Of a DNA stretch of 64,000 bases, positions 48,185 to 57,255 are shown one piece after another. The stretch comes from Syntrophales bacterium (lineage in GTDB: Bacteria > Desulfobacterota > Syntrophia > Syntrophales > PHBD01). Each line of letters begins with the position of its first letter. Position 1 is the first letter of the stretch. Under the pieces are notes generated by a model. It made no database searches, had not been told where the DNA came from, and saw only the letters and a program-made list of their open reading frames with translations. Location: positions 16,244-80,243 of the forward strand of contig DAOSEM010000006.1 in the NCBI GenBank assembly GCA_035363115.1. Direction: 5' to 3'. The position numbers were made by a program, and so were the translations under genes.

Positions 48185-49334
48185 GTCGGAAAATCTCCCT
48201 TCCCCCGATGTATGTCTTTTGGACGCGGTGAATCCCGCCGTCGTTCCGGACCAGGACCAGGTCCGCCGCCTTGCCCTCCTCGAGCGAACCCGTCTCGCCG
48301 GCGATCCCGAGGGACCGCGCCGGCAGAAGGCTGGCCATGTTCACGGCCCGGTGCAGGGGAAGGATGCCCAGTCCGTCCAGCATGAAGACGGCGTGCAGTA
48401 TGCTCATGGGCGCGTAGTCGGAGCAGAGGATGTCGCCGCAGCCCTCCATGATCGCGTCCCGGGCGCTCAGGTTCCGCGCCTGGGAATTGCCCCGGACGAT
48501 GTTGGGCGCCCCCAGGCAGACGTAGAGGCCCTTCTCGCGGGCGGCGCGGAGGGCATCGAGATTGACGGGAAACTCGGTAATCCCGATGCCCTGTTCACAG
48601 AGCCACTCGATTTTGTCCCGGCAGTCGTCGTCGTGGGAGGCCATCGGAACGCCGAACCGGCGGCAGGACTGGACGATCCGCTCGATGTTCGCCTTCACGT
48701 GGCTGCGGGCCTTCCGCTTGCGGTCGATGATGGCGCGGATCTCCTCGTCCGTCTTTCCGTAGACGGCCTGATAGTAATTCCGGAAAGACACCACTTCGCG
48801 AAACTGCCCCTGTCCCGGCGAATGGTCCATGAGGGACAGGAGCTGGATCTTCCCGTTCTCCAGCAGCGACTCCAGTTCCGGCATCGCCGCGCCGTCGGTG
48901 ATCTCGAACCGGGCATGGACCCGGGTCCGAACATGAAGCCGCTCCGCCCGATCCCGGATCGTCGAGATGATGCCGGCGGCCATGCGGTTGGACCGGACCC
49001 CGATCTCGTCCTCTGCGAAGGAGATGGAATGGTAGATCGTCGTCACCCCGCAGGCGGCCAGCTTCTTGTCGAGCTCGTACAGGACGATGTCCAGGGGGAA
49101 GAAGGCGTTGGGCCGGGGCTCGATGTCCTTTTCCAGCGCGTCGCTGTGCATGTCGATCAGACCCGGCAGCAGCCAGCTGCCGTCTGCGTCGATGCGCGCT
49201 CCTCCGTTGCCGATGAATCCGTCGCGGATCTTATAGAGTCGTCCCTGGCGGATGGAAGCGGAGGCGCCGTCCAGGGTTCCCTCCGGCGTTACGATGCGGG
49301 CGTTTTCAATGATGAAATCGACCGGTTCTTTCAT
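48177..49334 (-). CDS. phnM: Alpha-D-ribose 1-methylphosphonate 5-triphosphate diphosphatase
   Basis: The internal ATG at 49332-49334 (MKEPVDFIIENARIV) overlaps the phnL stop. LPGLIDMHSD...SLMDHSPGQGQF...ASHDD...CSDY is the amidohydrolase PhnM pattern. Confidence 0.9.
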   Translation of the reverse strand: MKEPVDFIIENARIVTPEGTLDGASASIRQGRLYKIRDGFIGNGGARIDADGSWLLPGLIDMHSDALEKDIEPRPNAFFPLDIVLYELDKKLAACGVTTIYHSISFAEDEIGVRSNRMAAGIISTIRDRAERLHVRTRVHARFEITDGAAMPELESLLENGKIQLLSLMDHSPGQGQFREVVSFRNYYQAVYGKTDEEIRAIIDRKRKARSHVKANIERIVQSCRRFGVPMASHDDDCRDKIEWLCEQGIGITEFPVNLDALRAAREKGLYVCLGAPNIVRGNSQARNLSARDAIMEGCGDILCSDYAPMSILHAVFMLDGLGILPLHRAVNMASLLPARSLGIAGETGSLEEGKAADLVLVRNDGGIHRVQKTYIGGREIFRHA

Positions 49335-50119
49335 TTTCCGCCCTTTCCATTGCCGAGGTCGAGGACCCGATCGGCGACGGCATTCATGGAGGATCGGTCG
49401 TGGAAGACGCCGACCATGGCGGTTCCCTTCCCTTTCAGCTCCTTCAGCAGTTCGATGACGACCGTCCGGGAACGCCGGTCCAGCGACGCCGTGGGCTCGT
49501 CGAGCAGAAGCAGCCTGGGCTCCCAGATGACGGCCCGGGCAATGTTGATCCGCTGCTGCTCCCCCCCGCTGAATGTGGCCGGATAGGCGTCGTGGAGCTC
49601 CGCGGGAATGGACAGCCGCTCCAGCAGAACCGAGGCCCGGCGCCGGGCCTCTCCGGCGTCTTTCCCCAGATTGAGCAGAGGCTCGGCGACGACGTCTACG
49701 GCGGCGACCCGCGGGACGACCCGGAGAAACTGGGAAACGTACCCCATCTCGCGGCTGCGGATCCGGAGCAGGGTCTGTTCGCACCCGCCGGCCAGATTGA
49801 CCCGTCCGTGGCGGTCGGAGGCGAACCACACGTCGCCCGACGTGGGCAGGTAGGTCCCGTAGATGCACTTGAGAACGGAGCTCTTTCCCGACCCGCTTCG
49901 GCCGGCCAGGCCGAGAAACTCCCCCGGCGACAGCCGGAAAGACACGCCGCCGAATCCGTCGATGACCTTCCCGCCGAGAATGTGGAGCATAAACGTCTTG
50001 GACAGGTTGACGACTTCCAGCATTCTCAGGACGCCTTCTGAACCGGACGTCAAAGCCGGAGCGGCGGGCCGGGGATCCCTCCCTCCCGCCGGGGCCTCTT
50101 CCTTTTCCGGGCGCTTCAT
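49331..50119 (-). CDS. phnL: C-P lyase system ATP-binding protein PhnL
   Basis: GRSGSGKSS Walker A, FSGGEQQR signature and LLLLDEPT. Start is ATG 50119 (MKRPEK, 14 nt after the phnK stop) or ATG 50023 (MLEVVNLSK). Confidence 0.88.
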   Translation of the reverse strand: MKRPEKEEAPAGGRDPRPAAPALTSGSEGVLRMLEVVNLSKTFMLHILGGKVIDGFGGVSFRLSPGEFLGLAGRSGSGKSSVLKCIYGTYLPTSGDVWFASDRHGRVNLAGGCEQTLLRIRSREMGYVSQFLRVVPRVAAVDVVAEPLLNLGKDAGEARRRASVLLERLSIPAELHDAYPATFSGGEQQRINIARAVIWEPRLLLLDEPTASLDRRSRTVVIELLKELKGKGTAMVGVFHDRSSMNAVADRVLDLGNGKGGK

Positions 50120-50133
50120 GGATCCGCCTTTCT

Positions 50134-50970
50134 TCAAAGCTGTGAGCTGACCAGCAGCTGCGTGTATCCGTGCTGCGGGTCCTCGAAGATCCGGTCCGTC
50201 AGGCCCGATTCGACGACCCGCCCGTAACGCATGACCAGGGTGCGCTGGCACAGGAGGCGGATCACGCCCAGATCGTGGGACACCACGATCATGGCGATGC
50301 CGAGCTCCCGCTGAAGGCTGCGGATCAGGTCCAGGACGCGGGCCTGCACGGACAAGTCAAGGCCCGTCGTCACCTCGTCCAGCAGCAGCACCTGAGGGCT
50401 GTTGGACAGCGCCTTGGCGATCTGCACGCGCTGTTGCATCCCGCCGCTGAAGTTCGCCGGCGGCTCGTCCATCCGCTCCAGGGGTATTTCCGTGCGTGCC
50501 AGCAGGTCCGCGGCGCGTCCGCGGATCTTCGAGATGCTCCGCCAGCCCGCGGCCAGGAGCTTTTCGGCGATGTTGCCGCCGGAGCTGACCTGCATCCGGA
50601 GGCCCAGATAGGGATTCTGGTAGACGATCCCCATGTGGCGGCTCCGGACCTGACGCCGGTGGAACGGGCTCTGCCGCAGAAGGTTTCCCGCCGCGGCGTC
50701 CTGTCCGTTGTGCAGATAGATCTCCCCGGCCGTCGCCTCGTACTCGAAATGGATGAGCCGGACCAGGGTGCTCTTGCCTGAACCGCTCTCCCCCACGATG
50801 CCCAGCACCTCGCCGGGATGGATCTCCAGGGAGACGTTGCAGCAGCCCACGACGGCTCCGCAGCGGGAACAGCGGTTCCCCTCGTCCGCGGAAACGCCCC
50901 CGGGCAGGCAGTGCCCGCAGCCGTCCCCGAACAGCTTCGTAAGCCCGCGCACCTCGAGCAGCGGCTTCAT
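50134..50970 (-). CDS. phnK: C-P lyase system ATP-binding protein PhnK (with Cys-rich N-terminal insertion)
   Basis: The internal ATG at 50968-50970 (MKPLLEVRGL) overlaps the phnJ stop. Motifs are GESGSGKST, FSGGMQQR and HGYTQLLVSS. Confidence 0.9.
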   Translation of the reverse strand: MKPLLEVRGLTKLFGDGCGHCLPGGVSADEGNRCSRCGAVVGCCNVSLEIHPGEVLGIVGESGSGKSTLVRLIHFEYEATAGEIYLHNGQDAAAGNLLRQSPFHRRQVRSRHMGIVYQNPYLGLRMQVSSGGNIAEKLLAAGWRSISKIRGRAADLLARTEIPLERMDEPPANFSGGMQQRVQIAKALSNSPQVLLLDEVTTGLDLSVQARVLDLIRSLQRELGIAMIVVSHDLGVIRLLCQRTLVMRYGRVVESGLTDRIFEDPQHGYTQLLVSSQL

Positions 50971-51848
50971 CGCCGGCACCTCTTGTCGCAATAGCCCGTA
51001 TCGGAGCAGAAATAGAGGCGTTTTCCCGAGATGTCGTCGATGATCTCGTCGAGGTACGTGTCCGTGGCACCGCACCGCTCGCAGGCCTTCCCGCGGAAGT
51101 CCTCGACCCGGAACCGGTAGTCCTCGAATTCCAGGGGCTCGACGGGCGTATGGGGCGGAACGGCGTAGATCCGCTTTTCGCGGCCCGCCCCGAAGAGAAA
51201 CAGCGTCTCGGCCATGTGGAGCTTGGGGATGTCCCAGCGGGGAATCGGGCTCGGGTCCATGACGTAGTGGCCGTTCACCGTGACGGGATAGCGGTAGCCG
51301 ATAGTGATCTCGTCGAACTTCACGATGTCCTCGTACAGGAAGAGCCACATGCGGCTGTAGTCCGCCTCGGCATGCATGCGCCGCGTCACCGCTTCCGACG
51401 GCTCCACCTCGCGCAGCGCCTCGGGATAGGGGACCTGGAGCACCAGGATCTGGTCTTCCGTCATGGGCTCCTCGGGAATGCGGTGGCGCGTCTGGATGAG
51501 GGTCGCCTCGCGGGCGTCCGTCGTCGTCTTCACGCCCGTCACGGTGTTGACGAAGCGCTTGATGTTGACGGCGTTCACGCTCCCGTCGCAGCCCTGGTCG
51601 ATGACCTTGAGCACGTCCTCCGGGAGGATGATGGACAGCGTCACCTGGAGGCCGCCGGTCCCCCAGCCCCGGGCCACCGGTAGCTCCCTCGAGGCGAAGG
51701 GCACCTGGTAGCCTGGGATGGCGACGGCTTTGAGGATCTTCCGCCGGACCTCCCGTTTCGACACATCGTCGAGAAAGGCGAAATTGTAGTCGAGACGGCC
51801 CCGGCGGCCGCTCCTGCTGTTAACGCTGATCCACTCGCCGAGATTCAT
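50967..51848 (-). CDS. phnJ: Alpha-D-ribose 1-methylphosphonate 5-phosphate C-P lyase
   Basis: YNFAFLDD...KAVAIPGYQVPFASRELPVARGWGTGGLQ plus the C-terminal cysteines CERCG...FCSDTGYC. Confidence 0.93.
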   Translation of the reverse strand: MNLGEWISVNSRSGRRGRLDYNFAFLDDVSKREVRRKILKAVAIPGYQVPFASRELPVARGWGTGGLQVTLSIILPEDVLKVIDQGCDGSVNAVNIKRFVNTVTGVKTTTDAREATLIQTRHRIPEEPMTEDQILVLQVPYPEALREVEPSEAVTRRMHAEADYSRMWLFLYEDIVKFDEITIGYRYPVTVNGHYVMDPSPIPRWDIPKLHMAETLFLFGAGREKRIYAVPPHTPVEPLEFEDYRFRVEDFRGKACERCGATDTYLDEIIDDISGKRLYFCSDTGYCDKRCRR

Positions 51849-52920
51849 GGATTTCCTTCGCTCTCCGAAGACGGTCCAGGTCCGACTGGAAGTCCACGTA
51901 ATGGGGAAGCTTCCAGTGATTGCAGAAGCCCATGGATTCGATCCCGTCGATGTGGGACAGCACGAACTCGCCGTCCTCCGACGGGGACGCTCCGCCTCCG
52001 GCCTGGATAGACCGGTCCAGGATGGCCATGGAGATGGCCTTGACCTCGTTGTGGCCGAAGCAGAGGCCGTATCCGATAGTGAAGCGGGGCCCGTCCGTCT
52101 TCTCCGTGAACCGGGCCAGGATCTCCGCCTCCGTCACCATCACCTCCCCGGCCGTGTACGGCTCTCCGCTGACGGGATGCCGGACGCAGAGCGGCATGTA
52201 CCCCACGCGAAGCTCCCCGATGGTCGGATGAATGTTCCCGTAGCCGCGCATGTTGGAGTAGGCCAACAGGAGCAGGCCCCCCGTCTCCCCGCGCGCCATC
52301 GCCTGCAGGGCGGCGCTCCGGGGCACGGGGAAGAGGAGCGAGTCTTTCGTCACGTCGCAGGGCGTTTTGTCCCTGGCGGACCGATTTGCCTCGGCAATCA
52401 GGTTCTCCCTGCGCAGGATCTCGATCACCTTCGGAAACTCCTCCGGCAGGGGCTCCGCCGATTTCGCGCCGCCCAAGATCTCGTTGACGAGCTTCATCCG
52501 GTGGATCTTCGACCGCTCGCCCGTTTCAAAATTCAGGAGCCTCAGGGTGTAGTCGTTCGTCGGGCCCAGGATCTGGCCGCCCGGGACGTCCTTGAAGGCC
52601 GCCGAGATCCTTCGGACGACCCGCATCCGGCTGGAGGGCCGGGCGATCGAATAGCCCAGGCGCGGCTGCGTGGTCCGGTAGGCCCTCAGGAGAAAAGCCG
52701 CCTCCAGGGTGTCCCCCGCGGCCTGCCGGATGGCCATGGCGGCCAGCTCCGGGGCATAGAGGGACCCTTCTCCCATGACGCGGTCGACGAGCAGGAAGAG
52801 CTGGTCCCGGATCTGTTCGATGCTCAGGGGCGCCGCGTCCCCTTTCAGGCCCTCGAAAAGAAAGGCCCGGCAGGCGTTTTCGATGGCCTCGGCGCCGCCT
52901 TTAACCGCAACGTATCCCAT
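51820..52920 (-). CDS. phnI: C-P lyase core complex subunit PhnI
   Basis: MGYVAVKGGAEAIENA...EGSLYAPELAAMAIRQAAGD...LLRAYRTT. Confidence 0.92.
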   Translation of the reverse strand: MGYVAVKGGAEAIENACRAFLFEGLKGDAAPLSIEQIRDQLFLLVDRVMGEGSLYAPELAAMAIRQAAGDTLEAAFLLRAYRTTQPRLGYSIARPSSRMRVVRRISAAFKDVPGGQILGPTNDYTLRLLNFETGERSKIHRMKLVNEILGGAKSAEPLPEEFPKVIEILRRENLIAEANRSARDKTPCDVTKDSLLFPVPRSAALQAMARGETGGLLLLAYSNMRGYGNIHPTIGELRVGYMPLCVRHPVSGEPYTAGEVMVTEAEILARFTEKTDGPRFTIGYGLCFGHNEVKAISMAILDRSIQAGGGASPSEDGEFVLSHIDGIESMGFCNHWKLPHYVDFQSDLDRLRRAKEIHESRRVDQR

Positions 52921-52921
52921 A

Positions 52922-53518
52922 TCAACTCTCCATCATCAGGATGTCCGTGGACCGCGGAATGCCCAGGATACGGCCCGCATCGTCGACAAAAACGGCGTCC
53001 ACACCGAGGGGAAAATCGGCGTTCGCTTCCCTCAGCCAGTCGAGCTCGCGGGCGGCCAGTCCCCGGATGGCTCCCAGCATCAGTTCATCCCGAATGCCCG
53101 GTCCTTTCAGGATCGCCCGGGATCTTGCCCTGTCGGTGGAGACCAGCGAACGAACACGGAAGACAATGGTGGCGGACGCATCGGGGTATTGCAGCGTCCC
53201 CCGCTTCGCCCGGAGGACCTCTCCCCGGCTTTCGCCGTCGGCAACGATGACGAAGTCCGCCTGGCCGACGTCCGCCACGCGGCACTGCGTCCGTTCCGTG
53301 ATCCGCGCCGGCAGTCTCTCAGCCTCCCCGCCCCCGATGACGGCAATGCTGACCTCGTGATCGAGCAGGCTCTCCAGAAGCAGAAGCAGCACTCCCCAGG
53401 GCTTGCGAAGGGCCGGCGGCGACACCGGCAGCGTGCAGATCCGTCCCGGCCGGCTCATGGCCTGAAGAATCTGCCGGAAGACCCGCTGCGCCGTTATTTC
53501 GTCGCTTGAGATCCGCAT
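52922..53518 (-). CDS. phnH: C-P lyase core complex subunit PhnH
   Basis: QRVFRQILQAMSRPGRI is the PhnH N-terminal signature; the position between phnG and phnI agrees. Confidence 0.88.
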   Translation of the reverse strand: MRISSDEITAQRVFRQILQAMSRPGRICTLPVSPPALRKPWGVLLLLLESLLDHEVSIAVIGGGEAERLPARITERTQCRVADVGQADFVIVADGESRGEVLRAKRGTLQYPDASATIVFRVRSLVSTDRARSRAILKGPGIRDELMLGAIRGLAARELDWLREANADFPLGVDAVFVDDAGRILGIPRSTDILMMES

Positions 53519-53519
53519 C

Positions 53520-53960
53520 TCAGGTCCTTTTCATCGTCTCGAAATCCACCCGCGTCCGGGCGATCAGGGAACTCTCCCTCTTCCGCCGGGTCTCCTGTTT
53601 CCTGGCCTCCATGTTCAGGAAGCGGTTCAGCCGCTCCCGGAGGGCATTGTTCGAAGATGCCAGGACGGCATCCACCGAAGCCCGGGCCATCGCCCGCTCG
53701 GCGTCGTCGCCGATCACCATTCCATAACCGCGGCAGCCTGCGTATTCCACTTCGACCTCCGTGACAAAGACCTCGCCCAGGTAAAACTCATCCTCGGAGG
53801 AATCCAGGGCCGCCATCATCACCAGGCCCGTCCGGGGACCGCGCACAATGGAGATTTCCTCGGCCGGAACCAGGCCGAGGAGCTTCCGGACGGCCCGCAC
53901 GGACATCTGCATGATGCACTCCGGAAGAGGTTTTCCCGGGGCAGCCGGTGTCTGTTTCAT
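53520..53960 (-). CDS. phnG: C-P lyase core complex subunit PhnG
   Basis: RGPRTGLVMM...FYLGEVFVTEVEV...GYGMVIG pattern. The ATG overlaps the GNAT stop (ATGA). Confidence 0.88.
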   Translation of the reverse strand: MKQTPAAPGKPLPECIMQMSVRAVRKLLGLVPAEEISIVRGPRTGLVMMAALDSSEDEFYLGEVFVTEVEVEYAGCRGYGMVIGDDAERAMARASVDAVLASSNNALRERLNRFLNMEARKQETRRKRESSLIARTRVDFETMKRT

Positions 53961-54394
53961 GTCACGTCCACTTCAAAGCTCAAGCCGTGTTCGCGGAATC
54001 CCAGCGAGCGGTAGAACCGGTGGGCATCCACGCGGCGGCGATTGCTCGAGAGCACCATCTTGTAGCAATGCTTCTCCCGGCAGCGGTTCATGGCGAAGCG
54101 CATCATCTCCCTCCCGATCCCCCTTCCTCTCCAGCCTTCGAGAACCACGACGTCCTCCACGACACCTGACGGCGCCCCGAGGTGGCCCAGGTTGTCCATG
54201 ACGAGCAGAGCAAAGGCGCCGAGGACCTCTCCCTCCAGGACGGCCAGGTAAAGCCGGTAGTCCGGATAGCTGCGCATCCGTTCGAAGAGCCGGCGCGCAG
54301 CGTCGGCATCGAGCACGCGCCCGTTGTCCAGGCCGAGCCCGGCGAAAAGCGGCAGGACGCGGGGCAGGTCGGCTTCCCCGGCCTCCCGGATCAT
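53957..54394 (-). CDS. GNAT-family N-acetyltransferase (PhnO-like position, possible aminoalkylphosphonate acetyltransferase)
   Basis: This is the C-terminal 145 aa of the 443-aa track ORF. VVVLEGWRGRGIGREMM is the acetyl-CoA motif A. Start is ATG 54394 or GTG 54421, the latter directly after the phnE stop. Confidence 0.8.
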   Translation of the reverse strand: MIREAGEADLPRVLPLFAGLGLDNGRVLDADAARRLFERMRSYPDYRLYLAVLEGEVLGAFALLVMDNLGHLGAPSGVVEDVVVLEGWRGRGIGREMMRFAMNRCREKHCYKMVLSSNRRRVDAHRFYRSLGFREHGLSFEVDVT

Positions 54395-54423
54395 GAGATT
54401 CCGGATGATTCCCTCGTCCACGG

Positions 54424-55281
54424 TCAGGTGTACCTCCTTCGGATCACGGCGCTCAGACGATCCACGAGCGCCACGGTGATGACGATGACGATCAGGATCG
54501 TGGTCACGTCCTGGTTTTCGTAGCTCCTCAGCTTGTCGTAAAGGTAGACGCCGATCCCCCCGGCGCCGGTGAAGCCAAGGATGGTCGCCGAGCGCACGTC
54601 CGACTCGAACCGGTAGAGGGTCATGGAGACGAAGTAGGGCGTTATCTGCGGGATCACGGCATAGCGGATCACCTTGAGAGGGCCGGCCCCCGTGGCCATG
54701 AGCGCCGTGACCGGCTCCGGCTGCACGTTTTCGATGCCCTCGGAAAACAGCTTGATGAGCACCCCCGAGGTGTGGATCCCCAGCGCCAGGATGCCCGGCA
54801 TGGGTCCGAGCCCGACGGCGGATACGAAGATCAGCGCCCAGACCAGCTCGTTGATGGAGCGCGACAGGTTCGCGAAAAAGCGGATCGCTGTGTACAGGAT
54901 CTTCCGGAGCAGGATCGACGCGATGCGCCTGCCGGGGATCAGGATCTCCAGTGTGTTGCGAGAGGCTCCGAAGGCCAGCGGAAAGGCGATCAGCACGGAG
55001 AGGATAAGGGCCAGGACGGCCATCTGCACCGTCTCCAGCATGGAAAGAAAATACCGGTTCAGACCCGCGCTCTTCAGGCTCGGCGGGAAGAATCCGCTCT
55101 CGGCGATCTCCGGGTTTCCCCGGATGTAGACGATCATGTTGTTCCAGCCGTCGAGCAGGGCGGTGACGCTCATCTGGGTGGAGCTCCAGCTCCAGGTGAC
55201 CACGGCCAGGCCCAGGAAAATCATGGCCAGGTTGAACGCGCTGAACGGGTTCGTCTTTCTCTTGATGTCGGTCAGGGGCAT
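54424..55281 (-). CDS. phnE: Phosphonate ABC transporter permease
   Basis: 285 aa with 6 TM helices. ETVQMAVLALILSVLIAFPLAF and RSINELVWALIFVSAVGLGP are typical of PhnE. Confidence 0.9.
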   Translation of the reverse strand: MPLTDIKRKTNPFSAFNLAMIFLGLAVVTWSWSSTQMSVTALLDGWNNMIVYIRGNPEIAESGFFPPSLKSAGLNRYFLSMLETVQMAVLALILSVLIAFPLAFGASRNTLEILIPGRRIASILLRKILYTAIRFFANLSRSINELVWALIFVSAVGLGPMPGILALGIHTSGVLIKLFSEGIENVQPEPVTALMATGAGPLKVIRYAVIPQITPYFVSMTLYRFESDVRSATILGFTGAGGIGVYLYDKLRSYENQDVTTILIVIVITVALVDRLSAVIRRRYT

Positions 55282-55348
55282 AATTCATCCGGGGGGTAGG
55301 GGGCGGGACACAGCCCGCCCCCTGCAGCAGGTACGAGAGGGGTCCCGG

Positions 55349-56218
55349 TTATTTTTTCATTCTTTTCTGAACATCCATCAGGGCCCGGATCGGATCGTAC
55401 GTCCTGTCCGTGACGGGGGCGTAGCCCTTGACCTTCAGCATCTCGAGGCCAGCCTTGTCGCTGTAGCCCAGGAAAGCCTTCGCCAGGGCCTTCTTCAGGG
55501 ATTCCGGCAGGTCCTTCCGGTAGGCCATGGGCGAGCCGGGGATCAGCGGCGATTTCCAGATGATCTCGAAGTCCTTCTCCGCGTTCCACTGCTTGCCGTT
55601 GCCGCGGGCCATGTCGAGATCGTTGGTCGAGGCGGCGTCGATCTTCCCCGCCTTCACGGAAATCATGGAGGCCTCGTGGCTGCCGGAGTAGATGACCTTG
55701 GAGAAATACGCCGCCGGGTCGATCTTCAGATCGTTGACGAAGTGGACCATGGGAACAAGGGTTCCGCTCGTGGAATTGGGATCCACGAAGGCCCATACCT
55801 TCCCCTTCAGGTCGGCCATGGTCTTCAGGCCCGACCCTTTCTTCGTGATGATCAGGCCGTGGTACCCCTTCGCCCCGTCTTTGCTTACCTCGATGACGAA
55901 CGCCTCGGCACCGGCGCGCCTGGACGCCTCGACGTAGGACTTGGGTCCGAAATAGGCGAAGTCCACGTGCTTGAACTGCATGCCCGTGATCACGCCGGCG
56001 TAATCGGTGGCCACCTTGACCTCGATGGGCAGGCCGAGCTTCCTCTCCAGGTGCTTCACGAGGCTGTCGAAGCGCTCCGTGATGTTGGCCGTCGAATCCG
56101 TGGGGATGATGCCGAAGACGAGCTTCTTCGGCCAGTCGGCGGGCGCGGCGAAGGCAGGTGCACTGAAAAGGCAGACGGTAAGAATTACGGCGGTCAGGAA
56201 CGGGATCAGTCTCTTCAT
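55349..56218 (-). CDS. phnD: Phosphonate ABC transporter substrate-binding protein
   Basis: Signal peptide, then LVFGIIPTDS...DYAGVITGMQFKHVDFAYFGPKSYV. Confidence 0.9.
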   Translation of the reverse strand: MKRLIPFLTAVILTVCLFSAPAFAAPADWPKKLVFGIIPTDSTANITERFDSLVKHLERKLGLPIEVKVATDYAGVITGMQFKHVDFAYFGPKSYVEASRRAGAEAFVIEVSKDGAKGYHGLIITKKGSGLKTMADLKGKVWAFVDPNSTSGTLVPMVHFVNDLKIDPAAYFSKVIYSGSHEASMISVKAGKIDAASTNDLDMARGNGKQWNAEKDFEIIWKSPLIPGSPMAYRKDLPESLKKALAKAFLGYSDKAGLEMLKVKGYAPVTDRTYDPIRALMDVQKRMKK

Positions 56219-56251
56219 GGGTTTCTCCTTCTTTCTTTTTTTGGTTCCGAT

Positions 56252-57070
56252 TCAGGCGTTCAGTGCCGCCTCCGGGACGAACGGCCGGAAGGGCAGTCCC
56301 CTCCCGCTTCGCTCTTCGAATGCGTCACGCTCCGAGCCGCTATAGATTTCCTGAAGAGCGTCCTCCGTCAGGCGGGCCGGGGGACCGTCGAAAACGATCC
56401 TTCCGTCCCTGAGGCCGAGGATCCGCGTACAGCACGCTCGGGCATAATCGAGCTGGTGGAGGTTGGAAACGACGGTGATGCCGTATTTCTCGTTGATGGC
56501 GCGGAGCGTGTCCATGACCCTGCCGGCGCTCAGGGGATCGAGGGAGGAGATGGGCTCGTCGGCCAGGATGATCTCCGGCTCCTGGGCCAGCGCCCGGGCG
56601 ATGGCCACCCGCTGCATCTGCCCGCCCGAAAGCCGGTCACAGCGCTGGAGCGCCGCGTCCTCAATGCCGACGATGCGCATGCACTCCCAGATCCTTTCGT
56701 ATTGTCCCGAGGTGTAGTATTTGATCATTGCGGGCAGGAGATACATCCGCCCGAGCATGCCACCGGCGATGTTGTCCACCACCGTCAGGCGCTTGACCAG
56801 GTTGAACCCCTGGAAAATGATCCCGATCCGGGCGCGGAGGCGCTTCAGGGAGGCGCCGGCGACCCGGTGGACCGGCTCGCCCAGGACGTGAAGCTCTCCG
56901 CCGAAGATGGAGACGCCCGCGTTGATGGACATGAGCAGGGTTGATTTGCCCGCCCCGGACGGCCCGATGATGCTGATGAACTCCCCCTTGCGGATCTGCA
57001 GGTCGACGTCGGGGAGGACCACGCGTTTTCCGTAACCCAGGGCCAGGGCGCGCGCTTCGATCTGAACCAT
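56252..57070 (-). CDS. phnC: Phosphonate ABC transporter ATP-binding protein
   Basis: GPSGAGKSTLL, LSGGQMQRVAIARAL, ILADEP and INEKYGITVVSNLHQLD. Confidence 0.92.
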   Translation of the reverse strand: MVQIEARALALGYGKRVVLPDVDLQIRKGEFISIIGPSGAGKSTLLMSINAGVSIFGGELHVLGEPVHRVAGASLKRLRARIGIIFQGFNLVKRLTVVDNIAGGMLGRMYLLPAMIKYYTSGQYERIWECMRIVGIEDAALQRCDRLSGGQMQRVAIARALAQEPEIILADEPISSLDPLSAGRVMDTLRAINEKYGITVVSNLHQLDYARACCTRILGLRDGRIVFDGPPARLTEDALQEIYSGSERDAFEERSGRGLPFRPFVPEAALNA

Positions 57071-57134
57071 GGAGCACCTCTCTCGGGGAAATTTGCGGTA
57101 CGGGCCGGTCCTGTCCGATCCGCTGCGGCTCCCC

Positions 57135-57178
57135 TTGTAGGAGATCCATGTTACGGGGTGATGATGCGGCCGTTACAA
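57135..57178 (-). promoter_or_regulatory. Candidate Pho box plus -10 for the phn operon
   Basis: The minus strand reads TTGTAAC ggcc GCATCAT cacc CCGTAAC atggatct CCTACAA, with 11-bp register. Confidence 0.5.
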
Positions 57179-57200
57179 TTTCGTGAAAGAAGATCCGGAT

Positions 57201-57255
57201 GTGTCATTTCCATGAAAGCGGGATGTCATTTCCATGAAATATGACCGTCCATAAA
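57201..57255 (+). promoter_or_regulatory. Tandem 22-bp direct repeat: candidate double Pho box plus -10 for phoB (autoregulation)
   Basis: GTGTCAT ttcc ATGAAAG cggg ATGTCAT ttcc ATGAAAT atgaccgt CCATAAA. The 17-nt unit is repeated 16/17 at a 22-bp spacing. Confidence 0.55.

Noticed and set aside
48177-49868. Long N-terminal extensions in track ORFs (48177-49868, 50134-51348, 53957-55288, 38841-40520, 20648-22387, 59757-61601, 24989-25954, 33981-35177, 23680-24333)
   Set aside because: The upstream parts overlap neighbouring genes in another frame and are low-complexity. Each has an internal ATG with an RBS or ATGA coupling at the point where recognisable homology begins (phnM, phnK, GNAT, Lgt-like, pfk, pstB, SRAP, pstS, secreted protein).
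57198-57240. The 22-bp tandem repeat as a transposon end, att site or iteron
   Set aside because: There is no recombinase, transposase or replication gene nearby. The repeat contains TGTCAT half-sites on the 11-bp register seen at six other pho-type promoters, so a PhoB operator is the simpler reading.
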